Counted from the first letter of the stretch, positions 10,222 to 21,570 are shown. The stretch is 64,000 bases of DNA from Coleofasciculus chthonoplastes F2-STO-03 (GCA_040222015.1 JAVJWO010000216.1:62656-126655), one strand, 5' to 3'. The notes: generated by a model not told the origin, from the sequence alone. A program made the numbers and translations.

Positions 10222-10362
10222 TTATCGAGAACGACGGCGTGGATTATTCACCGGAATGGGGATGAGTTCTGGTTCCGGCTGAGGTTCAGGACCCAAGAGG
10301 GTTCCAACCAGCTTGCGTGCCCATTCTTTCAGTTTTTCCAACACCTTTTCTATATAATCCAT
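10222..10362 (-). CDS. Small cyanobacterial protein (46 aa)
   Basis: MDYIEKVLEKLKEWARKL...PEPELIPIPV; the ATG at 10362 is more plausible than the track start. Confidence 0.65.
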   Translation of the reverse strand: MDYIEKVLEKLKEWARKLVGTLLGPEPQPEPELIPIPVNNPRRRSR

Positions 10363-10718
10363 TAAACTGAATGCTCCTGTGAGACAACTTAATAGGTTTT
10401 TGACCGTCTTAACAACAGGACGAGTGCTAGAAGCCTTTTTCAGCACTACTTTGGGAACTCTTGGGCGCTTTGTTTATTAGGCGCTTTGGTGAAAACCTTG
10501 CCCCAGTTAAGACTATGACGCTGATATTAAACTGAGCGGTTTTCCTATTCCTATACACCGTCTGGATCGTTTTAACCCATCTGTTGCATTTCTTAACGTT
10601 CAGCATAACACACAACCCCACAGCCTAGCTATCCCCTAAATGGAATATGAAGTCGATCCTGCGATCGCAACGGTTTTAGCTTCCCTACTTTCAGTTATAA
10701 CTCAAGTTAGATGTGAGC

Positions 10719-11975
10719 CTAATGATATTGCTGCAATAATCGGCGTCGCAGTTGGTCGAGGGCATAACAGGCACTCCAATGACGAACCGAAGCCCGATCG
10801 CGATCGCGACCAAAGTTATATTTAAAACACTCAACTCGATCATCTGGCGTCGCCAAACCGATATATACCAACCCCACTGGCTTAGATTCATTCCCACCGC
10901 CGGGTCCAGCAATACCCGTAATACTCACACCCCAATCCGTTGCCAGCCGCGATCGCACACCCAATGCCATTTGCTGGGCAACCTGTTTACTCACCGCTCC
11001 CCATTTATCCAGATCTGATGACTTAACGCCGAGTAATGATACTTTTACGTCATTGCTATAAGAAATTATCCCACCATTAAAATAGTCAGAACTTCCGGGA
11101 ACTGCTGTCAATAAACTACCCACACCCCCTCCCGTACAAGATTCGGCTACACTCACGGTTTGATGCGCCTCCCCCAATTGCTGACCAACCACCGACGCTA
11201 GGGTATCTGCGTCTGACCCAAAATAGTCTGCTCCGGCAATCTGTTTTAATTGCTTGACAACGGGGTCAATTTGGTGTAATGCCTCATCTTGAGATGACGC
11301 ACGGGCGCTCACTCGTAACCGGACTTCTCCCTGAGAGGCGTAGGGGGCGACGGTGGGGTTGGTTAAGTCCAAAAACGACGCGATTTTTTCGGCTAACGCG
11401 GATTCCCCAATCCCCCAGAATCGTAAGGTTTGACTGTAGATAATTTGCTGTCCCCAACCTTGACCTTTGAGATAGGGAACCGCTGTTTCTCGCCACATCC
11501 CCTGCATTTCACTGGGAACACCGGGAAAAGTAAGAATCGTCAAACCGGGACGCGGTTGCCAGATTATACCCGGTGCGGTTCCCTTAGGGTTTGGTAAAAC
11601 CTTCGCCCCTTCCGGAATTAGGGCTTGCTTGCGATTACTGGGGGTCATTTGACGCCCCCGTTCAGCAAATTTGCGAGCAATATCCTCAATGATGTCAAAT
11701 TGCTCAATCAGGGGAACACCGAAAAAATCCGCTAAGGTTTCCGTGGTCAAGTCATCTGGCGTCGGTCCAAGTCCACCCGTAAAAATCAGAATCGCTGAGC
11801 GATCGCACGCTATTGCCAAGACTTGCTTTAACCGAGACGGATTATCTCCCACAACGGTTTGATAGTAGTGAGGAATACCCAGATTTGCCAGTTCGAGGGC
11901 TAAAAACTGGGCATTCGTGTTAAGAATATCCCCCAGTAGTAACTCTGTACCAACACAAATGATTTCTGCGCTCAT
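10719..11975 (-). CDS. cinA: Competence/damage-inducible protein A (MoCF-like + NMN deamidase)
   Basis: VGTELLLG, GGLGPTPDDLT, AESCTGG, SITGIAGPGGG. Confidence 0.95.
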   Translation of the reverse strand: MSAEIICVGTELLLGDILNTNAQFLALELANLGIPHYYQTVVGDNPSRLKQVLAIACDRSAILIFTGGLGPTPDDLTTETLADFFGVPLIEQFDIIEDIARKFAERGRQMTPSNRKQALIPEGAKVLPNPKGTAPGIIWQPRPGLTILTFPGVPSEMQGMWRETAVPYLKGQGWGQQIIYSQTLRFWGIGESALAEKIASFLDLTNPTVAPYASQGEVRLRVSARASSQDEALHQIDPVVKQLKQIAGADYFGSDADTLASVVGQQLGEAHQTVSVAESCTGGGVGSLLTAVPGSSDYFNGGIISYSNDVKVSLLGVKSSDLDKWGAVSKQVAQQMALGVRSRLATDWGVSITGIAGPGGGNESKPVGLVYIGLATPDDRVECFKYNFGRDRDRASVRHWSACYALDQLRRRLLQQYH

Positions 11976-12110
11976 TGGTTTGTCCTTTGTCCTTGGTCAT
12001 TTGTCCTTGGGCAAAATAGAGAATAGCAAACAGCCGACTTGACGCTCCCTCATATTACAAATGACAAATGACAAATGACGAATGACGAATGACGAATGAC
12101 GAATGACCAA
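11975..12110. repeat. Heptamer short tandem repeats (STRR-like TTTGTCC / AATGACG)
   Basis: Visible tandem heptamers between cinA and glyA. Confidence 0.85.
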
Positions 12111-12111
12111 A

Positions 12112-13404
12112 TTACACCAATGTAGGTACAGGAATATTGAGATGGGGATATAAGGGGAAGCGATCGCACAATTGTGCCACACGACGCCGACAATCAGCGG
12201 CGATGGTTTCATCCTCTGGATTGAGTAAGCGATCGGCAATAATATCACCAATCTCGATAAATTCAGCCACTCCCATTCCCCGTGTCGTCATCGCCGGGGA
12301 ACCTAGACGTAAGCCACTGGTGACAAAGGGAGACTCTGGATCAAAGGGAACCGTATTTTTATTCGCGGTAATATTCACACCACTCACCAGTTGATCTGCC
12401 CGTTTCCCGGTCATGGAAATACAGCGTAAATCCACGAGCATTAAATGATTATCCGTCCCGCCAGAGACAATTTTCAGACCCCGTTTTTGCAGTTGACTGG
12501 CGAGGGCTTGGGCATTTTCAATCACATTCGCCGAATAGTCTTTGAATGAGGGTTGTAACGCTTCACCAAACGCCACAGCTTTCGCCGCGATCGCATGTTC
12601 TAATGGACCGCCCTGAGTTCCTGGGAACACCGCTTTATCCAGCTTTTTCCCTAGTTCCGGATCACGGGTGAGAATTAAACCGCCTCGGGTTCCTCGCAGG
12701 GTTTTATGGGTGGTTGTCGTAACCACATCACAATGAGGAATAGGGTTGGGATGATGACCCGTCGCCACTAACCCGGCGATATGGGCAATATCCGCCAACA
12801 GATAAGCGCCCACTTCATCAGCAATGCTGCGGAATTTTTCAAAGTCGATAATACGCGGATAAGCCGAATAGCCACAAATCAGCATCTGGGGGCGTTCTTT
12901 GAGGGCAAGTTCGCGCACCTGATCATAATCCAGTTGCTCGGTTTCCGGATTAACACCATAGTGACAAACCTTAAACCACTTCCCCGACACATTCACAGGC
13001 GAACCATGGGTGAGGTGTCCCCCATGGGATAAATCCATCCCCATAATCCTGTCTCCCGGCTTGAGCAGCGCCAGGAATACGGCAAAATTGGCTTGAGCGC
13101 CGGAATGGGGTTGGACATTCGCATGAGCTGCACCAAAGAGCCGTTTAGCCCGGTCAATGGCAAGCTGTTCTACCTTATCGATGAATTCACAACCGCCATA
13201 GTAGCGCTTTCCGGGTAAGCCTTCGGCGTACTTATTGGTTAAGACTGAGCCTTGAGCCGCCAGTACAGCCGGGGAGGTAAAGTTTTCACTAGCAATCAGT
13301 TCCAGATGGTCACGCTGGCGTTGGAGTTCTTGGCTGATTCCCTCAGCGACTTCTGGGTCTGTTTGGGCGAGAAAATCTAAGTTCGTTTGAGTCACGTCCG
13401 TCAA
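12112..13404 (-). CDS. glyA: Serine hydroxymethyltransferase
   Basis: [31 protein letters not shown]. Confidence 0.98.
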   Translation of the reverse strand: MTDVTQTNLDFLAQTDPEVAEGISQELQRQRDHLELIASENFTSPAVLAAQGSVLTNKYAEGLPGKRYYGGCEFIDKVEQLAIDRAKRLFGAAHANVQPHSGAQANFAVFLALLKPGDRIMGMDLSHGGHLTHGSPVNVSGKWFKVCHYGVNPETEQLDYDQVRELALKERPQMLICGYSAYPRIIDFEKFRSIADEVGAYLLADIAHIAGLVATGHHPNPIPHCDVVTTTTHKTLRGTRGGLILTRDPELGKKLDKAVFPGTQGGPLEHAIAAKAVAFGEALQPSFKDYSANVIENAQALASQLQKRGLKIVSGGTDNHLMLVDLRCISMTGKRADQLVSGVNITANKNTVPFDPESPFVTSGLRLGSPAMTTRGMGVAEFIEIGDIIADRLLNPEDETIAADCRRRVAQLCDRFPLYPHLNIPVPTLV

Positions 13405-13623
13405 TCCCTTACGATGCTATTGCCGTGCAGTTGGGTTCATAAACGTTTTACCACATTGCCCGTTGCCGTTGCTTTGCTCAAACTCTCACCCCTCTCCCCT
13501 GCGTTTCTCAGAGGTAAGTATCCAATGGATGAAAGTTAAGCTCTGTGTTGATCGAGAGCCTCTAGCTATAGACGTAAATTAAGATGGGATCAGCGCTCTA
13601 GTGGAATTGACCGGAGGCGTTCT

Positions 13624-13821
13624 ATGTTAGTTATCCTTACCGAAGAGCAAATTTTGTCCCCGACTCAAGTTTGTCAAAGCTGTTTGCTGGCTGACAGCAA
13701 GGGTCAACCCCGTTGGCGTCGGGGTAAGCTGGGATGTGGTCATGCCATTCGTAAACTCACACCCCATCAACCGGAGCAATATGAGTGCGAAATGGGTTTC
13801 CGCATCGCTAACCTTGAATAG
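13624..13821 (+). CDS. Small Cys-containing cyanobacterial hypothetical protein
   Basis: 65 aa, VCQSC..C..C; SD GGAGG upstream. Confidence 0.75.
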   Translation: MLVILTEEQILSPTQVCQSCLLADSKGQPRWRRGKLGCGHAIRKLTPHQPEQYECEMGFRIANLE

Positions 13822-13990
13822 TTGATCATCTGGGACAAGAAACTGAACTATTGTCCGAGTCGGAAATAATTCATAAATCCTGACATAAAACCCATAACAA
13901 GCGATGACCGCGTTCATCGAAACGGGTCACCTACGTTATCCTGAAAATAGCTAGATAGCGATTTGAACCACCCGAAAAGGAGAAGCAACG

Positions 13991-14467
13991 ATGACTTGGC
14001 GCGGCTCAACAACAGTTAAAGACCGAATTTTTGCAGCGCTGCCCTATCTGCTGCCTTTATTGTACGCACTGCCGTTTGGTGTTTTTCTACTCAGACAGTT
14101 TCCTGTCCTAAATATTATTCGTGTACCGCTCTCTCCTTTAATTTTCATTCAAAGAACAATTCCATTTGCGGGACTGATTCTTTTCTTTGTCTTATTTTTA
14201 GCCGTTGTCAGGAATGAAAGAATTGCCCACTTTATTCGTTTTAATACGATGCAGGCGATTCTTTTAGATATTCTACTGGTTCTATGTAGTTTTGCCATGA
14301 GCATTCTCGGACGAGGATTGGGAGCGAACTTTTTCATCGAAACCCTATCCAATGTGATCTTTTTAGGTACGCTTGCGGCTTGCGGCTATGGGATAGTTCA
14401 GTCATTGCTGGGGCGCTACGCCGAAATTCCCACACTTTCGGAAGCGGTTTACGCCCAAGTTCGATGA
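13991..14467 (+). CDS. Tic20/Ycf60 family membrane protein
   Basis: RIFAALPYLLPL, FIRFNTMQAILLDI, YAEIPTLSEAV. Confidence 0.9.
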   Translation: MTWRGSTTVKDRIFAALPYLLPLLYALPFGVFLLRQFPVLNIIRVPLSPLIFIQRTIPFAGLILFFVLFLAVVRNERIAHFIRFNTMQAILLDILLVLCSFAMSILGRGLGANFFIETLSNVIFLGTLAACGYGIVQSLLGRYAEIPTLSEAVYAQVR

Positions 14468-14600
14468 TTGGTCTATTCGTCATTGGTCATTCGTCATTGG
14501 TCATTCGTCATTCGTCATTCGTCATTGGTCATTCGTCATTCGTCATTGGTCATTCGTCATTGGTCATTCGTCATTGGTCATTCGTCATTCGTCATTCGTT
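14466..14600. repeat. STRR heptamer array (CATTCGT/CATTGGT)
   Basis: Long tandem heptamer run between convergent genes. Confidence 0.9.
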
Positions 14601-14643
14601 TATGTAAGGGTTTGAGGATTATTGAAAAACCGTTTAACCCAGC

Positions 14644-15471
14644 TTAAAGGGTGACGGGTGCAGAACGGGGAACAACGGTGTTCTCTAAATGACCAATCCC
14701 TTCAATTTCCACACGGACGCGATCGCCGATTTCCATTGGACCAATCCCTCGTGGCGTACCGGTAAGGATTACGTCTCCAGGAAGCAGGGTCATAATCTGA
14801 GAAATATAGGAAACTAAGACATCCGGGGCAAATACCATTTGATCAATGGATGCCGATTGTACCGGTTCCGGCGCATCGTTTAAAAACGTCTGCAACTTCG
14901 CCCCAGCACTCACCTCCCGCACAATCCAAGGACCTAGGGGACAAAAGGTATTAAAACCCTTTGCCCTCGTCCATTGACCGTCTTGTTTTTGTAAGTCGCG
15001 AGCGGTGACATCGTTGGCGATGGTGTACCCCCAAATTTTTCCTTGGGCTTGTTCGGGCGTACAGTCTACACAGAGTTCACCAATCACCAGCGCCAACTCT
15101 CCCTCATAGTCCACCCGTTTTGACTGAGGCGGAAACTGGATGTCTCGATCCGCCGCCGTTATGGTTGTCGGTGGTTTGAGAAACAACAAGGGTTCCTGGG
15201 GAACAGGTGTTCCCATTTCAACGGCGTGATCCATATAGTTTTTTCCAACGGCGACAATCTTGGATGGCGCACAGGGAGCCAACAATGTATAACTATCCGG
15301 TGCTAACTCCAGATCAGTCGGTTGACCCTGTAGCCACGGCGGTGCATCTAAAACTTGGATACTGCGGTTGAGTTGCAGCAAGCCATAGTAGGTTTGCCCT
15401 TGAGCCGTTTTAATTCGGACGTAGCGCTGCGCCATGATATTAGAGATTCCTTGGTAATTGAATGAGAGCAT
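14644..15471 (-). CDS. Fumarylacetoacetate hydrolase family protein (start probably MAQRY)
   Basis: VGKNY, DYEGEL, NDVTARD, AKGF, TGTP. Confidence 0.92.
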   Translation of the reverse strand: MLSFNYQGISNIMAQRYVRIKTAQGQTYYGLLQLNRSIQVLDAPPWLQGQPTDLELAPDSYTLLAPCAPSKIVAVGKNYMDHAVEMGTPVPQEPLLFLKPPTTITAADRDIQFPPQSKRVDYEGELALVIGELCVDCTPEQAQGKIWGYTIANDVTARDLQKQDGQWTRAKGFNTFCPLGPWIVREVSAGAKLQTFLNDAPEPVQSASIDQMVFAPDVLVSYISQIMTLLPGDVILTGTPRGIGPMEIGDRVRVEIEGIGHLENTVVPRSAPVTL

Positions 15472-15905
15472 TCTACTGGTATGGGATTTTGATTGACCGG
15501 AAATAATGGGTCACAAGCCGCGTCCTTGTCTTGTCGGACGGCTTTTAAAATTTTTCGGATAGTCTATACTGCTGTAGTATAGGAAACAAACAGTTAACGA
15601 AAACCAAGTGCTGCCTAAGTCGCGGGAGGGCATTCCGAGACTATAATAAGACCGTTCCGAAAAACCTATACAGAACTATGCATATTTAGGCATACAAAAA
15701 ATAGTAAAATTGCAAGAGTATAATCTGGGTGGATTGTCTGCACTCAAGCCTAGAGGTAGGAAAGAACCCAGATTTGCCATAGAGTAAAGCAGTCAAATCT
15801 GCTCCTATCCTTGCTTCTTTGAGCGGGATAGCTTCTTGGTGCAAACGCTGTGGCTATCTCGAATCAGCAAAAGAAGCCCAATTGTCCATAAGGAGAAGAC
15901 CATTT

Positions 15906-16235
15906 GTGAGCGATAGTTACGAAATGATGTACATCCTGCGTCCTGATTTGTCAGAGGAGCAGGTTAACCAAGCGGTGACCAAGTATAAAGATCTCCTGCA
16001 AGAGCAAGGCGGTGAGGAGGTTGAAATCCAACATCGTGGTAAGCGTCGTTTGGCTTATCCCATCGAAAGACACCGTGAAGGCGTCTACATCCAAATGAAC
16101 TATAAAGCGCCCCCAACTCATGTGGCTCAGCTTCAGCGAGCGATGCGCTATGGAGATGAGGTGATTCGTTATCTGACGCTGAAACAGGAACTTCCCCCCG
16201 AACCCCAACCCGAACCGGTTGAGGTAGAAGCTTAA
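15906..16235 (+). CDS. rpsF: 30S ribosomal protein S6
   Basis: YEMMYILRPDL, GKRRLAYPI, VIRYL; GTG 15906 preceded by AAGGAG. Confidence 0.96.
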   Translation: MSDSYEMMYILRPDLSEEQVNQAVTKYKDLLQEQGGEEVEIQHRGKRRLAYPIERHREGVYIQMNYKAPPTHVAQLQRAMRYGDEVIRYLTLKQELPPEPQPEPVEVEA

Positions 16236-16455
16236 CCAGGTATAGCAATCGCCATAGCGGTTAGGACGCATCTTATGGTAGAGACGTTGCCGGCAACGTC
16301 TCTATGGTGATGGCATAGAACACCTTTAATCCATGAGCAGCCCAATAAGTCCTGACTTAGGCAACAATAATAGGAAGAGTCATATTAAGATTACGATCTA
16401 GTCTTCCCCCTAAATCTAGTCCTATTGTTGCCCGACGCTCCTGGACCCTGCCAGC

Positions 16456-18558
16456 ATGACTGTAACGGATACTGTTGCCCATAAAATTTCGAGCTGGAAT
16501 CGGCAAATCTATAAACGCTTGAAACTTGTTCTCAGTCTCGGACTACGGCGTCAAATTTTGGTGGCGATTTGTGATGATCTGAGTCTGCGGAATCGTCTGG
16601 CGGACAAACTTCATGGGGAGTTGGGGACAACCTCTGCGATCGCGCCTACTAATGGTTCAGGCTCTACTAATTTAGTCAGCCTGAACATTAATGTCAATGA
16701 TCCCCATCCCTTTGCCCAAGTAGCTGCCTGGTTAGCTCAAAATCGCCATTCTTCTATCACTACATCCCCTCCCAGTTTCCAACTCCTGGGTGTTGAACGC
16801 TTAACCCGTCAATCCCCAACGGTACAGCAACTGTTTCTCCGGCGTTTACAGTCCATTGAGCGCTATTTGCCCCAGTTAGACGCCAATGTGATACTCTGGC
16901 TACCCCGCCCTTGGTTCCATTCCATTGTCCAGTCTGTACCGGAATTTTGGCGGTGGCATACTGGGGTATTCGAGTTTGAAGGAGAACCCACACCACTCCC
17001 CCCGGTTGGTGCAACCCAACCCGAAGCTTCTCCCACGGCGGTGATGACTCAGGAGACAGAGGAGACAGAGGAGACAGAGGAGACAAAGGCTTCGTTCCAA
17101 GAAACCTTGCAGACGGTGCTAACCCAGGAAGTGGACGAAAATCTGGATTGGCAGTTGTTCCAGAATAGTGTGGGCAACAATGGACACTCTCGCGAGGAGG
17201 TTGAACCCCTGATTGTCCCGACTAACGGGAAGTCTAATGCTAATCCGAATGGCAAAGGGAAGCTGGGGGCGGTGGACTTTGAGATGGAGGAAACACCAGT
17301 ACCGCCGCAAAATCCGCCGACATCCCAACATCCTGCTGATACATCAACGGAATCCCCAGATCTTCCCCAAACCGCGTCGCCCGCTGAGGCGTATTTACAA
17401 CTGGGGAATCATTACCGTCATGCGATTGAACAAGGAGACACCTCAGAAGAAAATTTAGCGATCGCGATTCAGGCGTATGAGCAGGCGTTGCAATGGTTAG
17501 ATGATACCTCGCCTTACGTGGCGGATGTTCTTAATGATTTGGGGAATCTTTACTGGATGCTCTCCCGGTGTCCCCAGGATACAGGGATGCGTCTATCTTA
17601 TCTGGAACAGGGGATTCAAGCTTATCAATTGGCATTAACCAAATTAACGGCTCAAGACGCGCCCCACACCTATGCCATGATCCAAAATAATTTAGGGGCA
17701 GCCTATGGGGATTTGGCTCGCTATAACGATGTCGCGGATAACTTAGAACTCTCGATTCGAGCCTACGAAGAAGCATTACACTATCGTAATCCAGAAAATG
17801 ACCCGCTTAAATATGCCTCTACCCAAAATAACTTAGGTACGGCGTATTGGCATCTAGCACAACATCACTCTCCTGTCAATAACTTACAGGCAGCAATTGG
17901 GGCGTATGCGGAAGCCCTGTGTTATTACAATAGTCGCTCGAATGCCACGAATTGGGCGATGATTCAAAATAATTTAGGCACAGCTTATTGGAATCTGGCA
18001 CAGTATGAACAACCCGAAACCTGGCTGGAGTTAGCGGTGATAGCCTATAAAGATGCGTTAACCTATCGTACCCCAGAGATGTCTCCGGCTGCCTGTGCCG
18101 CGACTCAGAATAATTTGGGTACGGCGTATTGGCATCTGGCGGATCGCTGTGTGGAAGACTCTCAGAGACGGGCAGACTATTTACGCCATTGTATCGCGGC
18201 TTACGAGGTCGCGATCGCGTTAGCCGAGAAATTGGCGCAGAATCATCCGCCGACATCGGTTAATTTTGATGTGATCGCCACTCGGAATAATTTGGGACTT
18301 GCCCATTACCAGTTTGCCACTCAACCGTCTTTGGGTGGGGTAAAAGAGGATCAATCCCACCATCTACAAACCGCCCTGCATCAGCATGTTCAAGCTTGTA
18401 TGGGAGTAGCGGCGCGATCGGATGTTTACCAAACCTCTTTGGACTATATCATTAAAACCATTCGCACGTTCTACCAGGAACAAGGAATCAGTGGGCAGAA
18501 TCTGGCACTTTCTCAGGTACCGGGTCAACTTTTACCGGAAATTTTGCCACGGCTGTAG
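16456..18558 (+). CDS. Tetratricopeptide repeat protein
   Basis: Repeated (M/T)QNNLGTAYW.LA...AI.AY.EAL units. Confidence 0.88.
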   Translation: MTVTDTVAHKISSWNRQIYKRLKLVLSLGLRRQILVAICDDLSLRNRLADKLHGELGTTSAIAPTNGSGSTNLVSLNINVNDPHPFAQVAAWLAQNRHSSITTSPPSFQLLGVERLTRQSPTVQQLFLRRLQSIERYLPQLDANVILWLPRPWFHSIVQSVPEFWRWHTGVFEFEGEPTPLPPVGATQPEASPTAVMTQETEETEETEETKASFQETLQTVLTQEVDENLDWQLFQNSVGNNGHSREEVEPLIVPTNGKSNANPNGKGKLGAVDFEMEETPVPPQNPPTSQHPADTSTESPDLPQTASPAEAYLQLGNHYRHAIEQGDTSEENLAIAIQAYEQALQWLDDTSPYVADVLNDLGNLYWMLSRCPQDTGMRLSYLEQGIQAYQLALTKLTAQDAPHTYAMIQNNLGAAYGDLARYNDVADNLELSIRAYEEALHYRNPENDPLKYASTQNNLGTAYWHLAQHHSPVNNLQAAIGAYAEALCYYNSRSNATNWAMIQNNLGTAYWNLAQYEQPETWLELAVIAYKDALTYRTPEMSPAACAATQNNLGTAYWHLADRCVEDSQRRADYLRHCIAAYEVAIALAEKLAQNHPPTSVNFDVIATRNNLGLAHYQFATQPSLGGVKEDQSHHLQTALHQHVQACMGVAARSDVYQTSLDYIIKTIRTFYQEQGISGQNLALSQVPGQLLPEILPRL

Positions 18559-18764
18559 AGGAGGGTGTGGGGTGTGGGGTGTAGGGGTGTAGGGGTGCAG
18601 GGGTGCAGGGGTGCAGGGGTGTTTCTTGAAGGGGTGCAGGGGTGTTTCTTGAACTCAGTCAGGGCGGGTTTTGTACAAACGTTACCATTAATAGCCAAAC
18701 GAAAATTCCTAAACCCGCCCCTACAAACCAGATTCTATTTGCAAGCGTATTGGGTGAATAGTTT

Positions 18765-19126
18765 TTGACACTCCTCAGCCTGAAGGCGTGAGTAGCGCTT
18801 CTTTCATCGAGCGCTCTTACTATGAAACAGGGGTCCTATTTCATATTAGAGGAGCATCTCTCCAGAAGCGTTTTGCTCCATTACAGAAGCTAGTTTCGAT
18901 ATGCCCTATCGTAAAGCGAGAAAACAAGAAAAAATGTGTTTTGGGCGTGCTTGTTGCTTAGACTTTTTACCTGTACAAGCTTTCCTGTACAGAACCCTCT
19001 AAGCCTAGTTTTCAAGGTGCGATGCCTATCGGGCCCAGGTTTTTATAGAGGTTTAATACCCTTTCCTCTAAGCTAATTCTAAAACAAATTCGTCCTAAAG
19101 GACAAGGCTTTATACCCAATTTTTCG
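18765..19126 (-). mobile_element. Non-autonomous IS200/IS605 element (left end + TnpB-type right end, no tnpA/tnpB)
   Basis: Minus strand TTAC|CGAAAAATTGGGTATAAAGCCTTGTCCTTTAGGACG ... ACGCTTCTGGAG...CGATGAAAGAAG...CTTCAGGCTGAGGAGTGTCAA. Confidence 0.75.
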
Positions 19127-19231
19127 GTAAAAGTATAGTCAAATATAGATAGACTGAATTTCATTTCAGAAATTCCCTCTTGCCTGGGTATAGCATAATC
19201 TGCGTCGGCTACGATATGACCTTTGAGACGT

Positions 19232-19552
19232 TTATCTTGAGAATTCAATGGCGACAATTCGACCATACGCCACCCACACGTCGGTTCCGGGTTCTAATCG
19301 ACCCAATTTCCAACGGGCGACGGCAATTGTTTTGTGTTCACCATTGTCCATTTCAATTGTGGCAAAGTTAGAGACGCGGCTGACAACTTCTCCGTGTTTG
19401 GGTTGCACGGGTTCAGCTTCTGTTGTATTAGGAGTATTGGGATTGAGTGAACCTTCGCCCAGGGGACGTGCGATCGCAGAGGTTCCCGCAACAGCACAGA
19501 GTACGGCACTTAGTATTGTACCTGTTAGGAGTTTTGGTGTGAAAATTCGCAT
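19232..19552 (-). CDS. Small secreted hypothetical protein
   Basis: Signal-peptide-like N-terminus followed by a short beta-rich domain. Confidence 0.65.
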   Translation of the reverse strand: MRIFTPKLLTGTILSAVLCAVAGTSAIARPLGEGSLNPNTPNTTEAEPVQPKHGEVVSRVSNFATIEMDNGEHKTIAVARWKLGRLEPGTDVWVAYGRIVAIEFSR

Positions 19553-19793
19553 ATAAACTTGTTAATTCGGCAACAGGTTAATTTTTTTCTGGAATTAAAC
19601 CTACTTTTAGCTTAGTGCTTTTAGCTTAGAAGTTCAACTGTGATGGAATCATGACTCGAATGATAGACTTTTGCTCTGATGCGTAAGTGGTAGAGAAAAG
19701 AGACGGATATCTATCTTTTGGGGGTTGACTCTATCAAATAGGGTTTTGAAGCAACGGATCTGCTTCAGCATTCCCATCGACTGGATGTAATAA

Positions 19794-20288
19794 TTAGCTG
19801 CGTTCATACCTGATGATATTGAATCGTTCTGTATCTTTTGGAGGCTGAAAGTATTTTGTTATCGCCTCAAATTCGATATCGCTGGTAAATGCGGCTCCGT
19901 CTGGTTTATCCTGGCTGCGTTTCTTGAGCTGTTGTTTACACAGATCGTTGGTTGCATCGATAAAATGAAGCTCGTGAGTAGCATTAGTTCTCTCGATAAG
20001 CTGACGGAACCACTGACGTTGATTTTGGGTATTGGCGGGAAAATCTAGAACAACTGAGATTCCCTTTAATAAAAGCGTACAGATGTGATCAGAAATGGCA
20101 GTTTTGAGACGCCCAGAATATTTAATGTAACTGGGAATATCACTGATTTCTTCGGGATAGAGTTGGGAGAGTAGGTCATCTTCAACTAGCAGGATGGCAT
20201 TATGGTCATTGGCTAGCTGTTTGGCTAAGGTTGATTTTCCGGCTGCCATTTTTCCACAAAAGAAATAGAGGGTGGCTGGGTTATTCAT
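19794..20288 (-). CDS. P-loop kinase-like ATP-binding protein (AAA_33-like)
   Basis: CGKMAAGKST, VVLDF. Confidence 0.85.
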   Translation of the reverse strand: MNNPATLYFFCGKMAAGKSTLAKQLANDHNAILLVEDDLLSQLYPEEISDIPSYIKYSGRLKTAISDHICTLLLKGISVVLDFPANTQNQRQWFRQLIERTNATHELHFIDATNDLCKQQLKKRSQDKPDGAAFTSDIEFEAITKYFQPPKDTERFNIIRYERS

Positions 20289-20314
20289 TTAGGAGTGTCT
20301 CTCTGTTTAGGTAC

Positions 20315-21076
20315 TTATTGGTTGACGTAAGGATTAACATTTTTAGCCCAGTTGAGGTATCCTTTGCCGTTTAAATGCACGCCGTCAATGGTGTATACGG
20401 GGTCAAGTTGTTTCTGATCGTTGGTAAAGTGTTGATGTAAATCAATGTAAGTATAGGAAAATTCGTTGGCTAGCTCTTGCAGGTGGCGGTTGACGGCAAT
20501 AATATCAGAGTTTTTGACGCTGATGGAATAGTGGATGGTGTTCATGGGTAATAGGCTTTGAATAAAGACTTGGGTTTCTGGGGTTTGCTGTTGAATTTGT
20601 TCCAGGATGAGGCGATAGTTTTGGGCAATTTCCCTGGGGGGTTTGTGTTCATTCCATAGGTCATTTGCGCCGATCATTATAAAGAGTTTTTGGGGGTGGG
20701 ATGCGGTGATTTTATTGAGGCGATTGAGAACGCCGTAGGTGGTATCTCCAGATATGCCACGATTGCGGATATTGGCGTTTCCGAGGAGTTCTGCCCATTC
20801 ACCTTGATCGGTGAGACTATCGCCGATGAAGATAATTTCGGTTTCGGAGTTGGGCATTTGCTCAAACATTTGTTTTCGCATTTGGTGATAGGTTGATTGA
20901 TAGGTGTTGCGACGACGGGCTATTTTTATGGTTTGTTCGACTTGTTGATGGAAGGGGAGTTTACTGATCAGGTAGGGAATGCCGCCTCTGCGAATGATTA
21001 AGATGGTGAAGAGGAGGATAAAGAGTAGGTTTAGGCTGAGGGATGTCCAAAGGATTAGGGAATTTTTGGTAGTCAT
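20315..21076 (-). CDS. GDSL/SGNH lipase-esterase
   Basis: GDSLT, NRGISG, GAND, DGVH. Confidence 0.92.
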   Translation of the reverse strand: MTTKNSLILWTSLSLNLLFILLFTILIIRRGGIPYLISKLPFHQQVEQTIKIARRRNTYQSTYHQMRKQMFEQMPNSETEIIFIGDSLTDQGEWAELLGNANIRNRGISGDTTYGVLNRLNKITASHPQKLFIMIGANDLWNEHKPPREIAQNYRLILEQIQQQTPETQVFIQSLLPMNTIHYSISVKNSDIIAVNRHLQELANEFSYTYIDLHQHFTNDQKQLDPVYTIDGVHLNGKGYLNWAKNVNPYVNQ

Positions 21077-21085
21077 GGGGAATTT

Positions 21086-21297
21086 GTCGGGGTGGGTTGA
21101 GATAATGTCGGTGTGGGTTGAGATAATGTAGGGGCGGGTTGAGATAATGTCGGTGTGGGTTGAGATAATGTAGGGGCGGGTTGAGATAATGTAGGGGCGG
21201 GTTGAGATAATGTAGGGGCGGGTTGAGATAATGTAGGGGCGGGTTTAGGGACTAAATTTTGCTAGTTAGAACTAACGGAACAACGAAACCCGCCCTG
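21086..21297. repeat. 7 x 21-bp tandem repeat running into a REP-like inverted repeat
   Basis: GT(A/C)GG(G/T)G(C/T)GGGTTGAGATAAT at 21086, 21107, 21128, 21149, 21170, 21191 and 21212, then GTAGGGGCGGGTTT...AAACCCGCCC. Confidence 0.9.
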
Positions 21298-21442
21298 CCT
21301 CACCGATATAGCAACCGCCACAACGGTTAGGACACTAAACGTGCATCGACGCAATAAGCGGCATTTATCTGATGTCCTAATGACTCTGCATAACCGATAA
21401 TTGAACAAGGAAATATGCCGTATTTTACCAATAAATGAACAA

Positions 21443-21570
21443 TAAGCTGTTATGCATTTTAATTGGGTATTAGTAGCGAGCAAGATGCAAAGCCTGCGGC
21501 ATGGCTTCGCTTAACGCACTACAAGGATTTCGTCATTGTTGACATTAATGTTTGAATGCCGAACAGCTTA
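21443..21570. mobile_element. MITE, TAAGCTGT...ACAGCTTA family, copy 1 (carries a small insertion)
   Basis: Terminal inverted repeats; homologous to the reverse complement of 25686-25790. Confidence 0.8.

Noticed and set aside
14380..14607. ORF with repeated VIRHSSF
   Set aside because: Translation of the heptamer array.
15497..15800. Complete IS605-type element upstream of rpsF
   Set aside because: Only a left-end-like hairpin is convincing; the downstream part may be the rpsF promoter and leader.
15819..15905. N-terminal extension of S6 in the ORF track
   Set aside because: The SD and homology point to GTG 15906.
21086..21232. 21-bp repeats as a second CRISPR array
   Set aside because: Head-to-tail units without spacers; derived from a REP arm.
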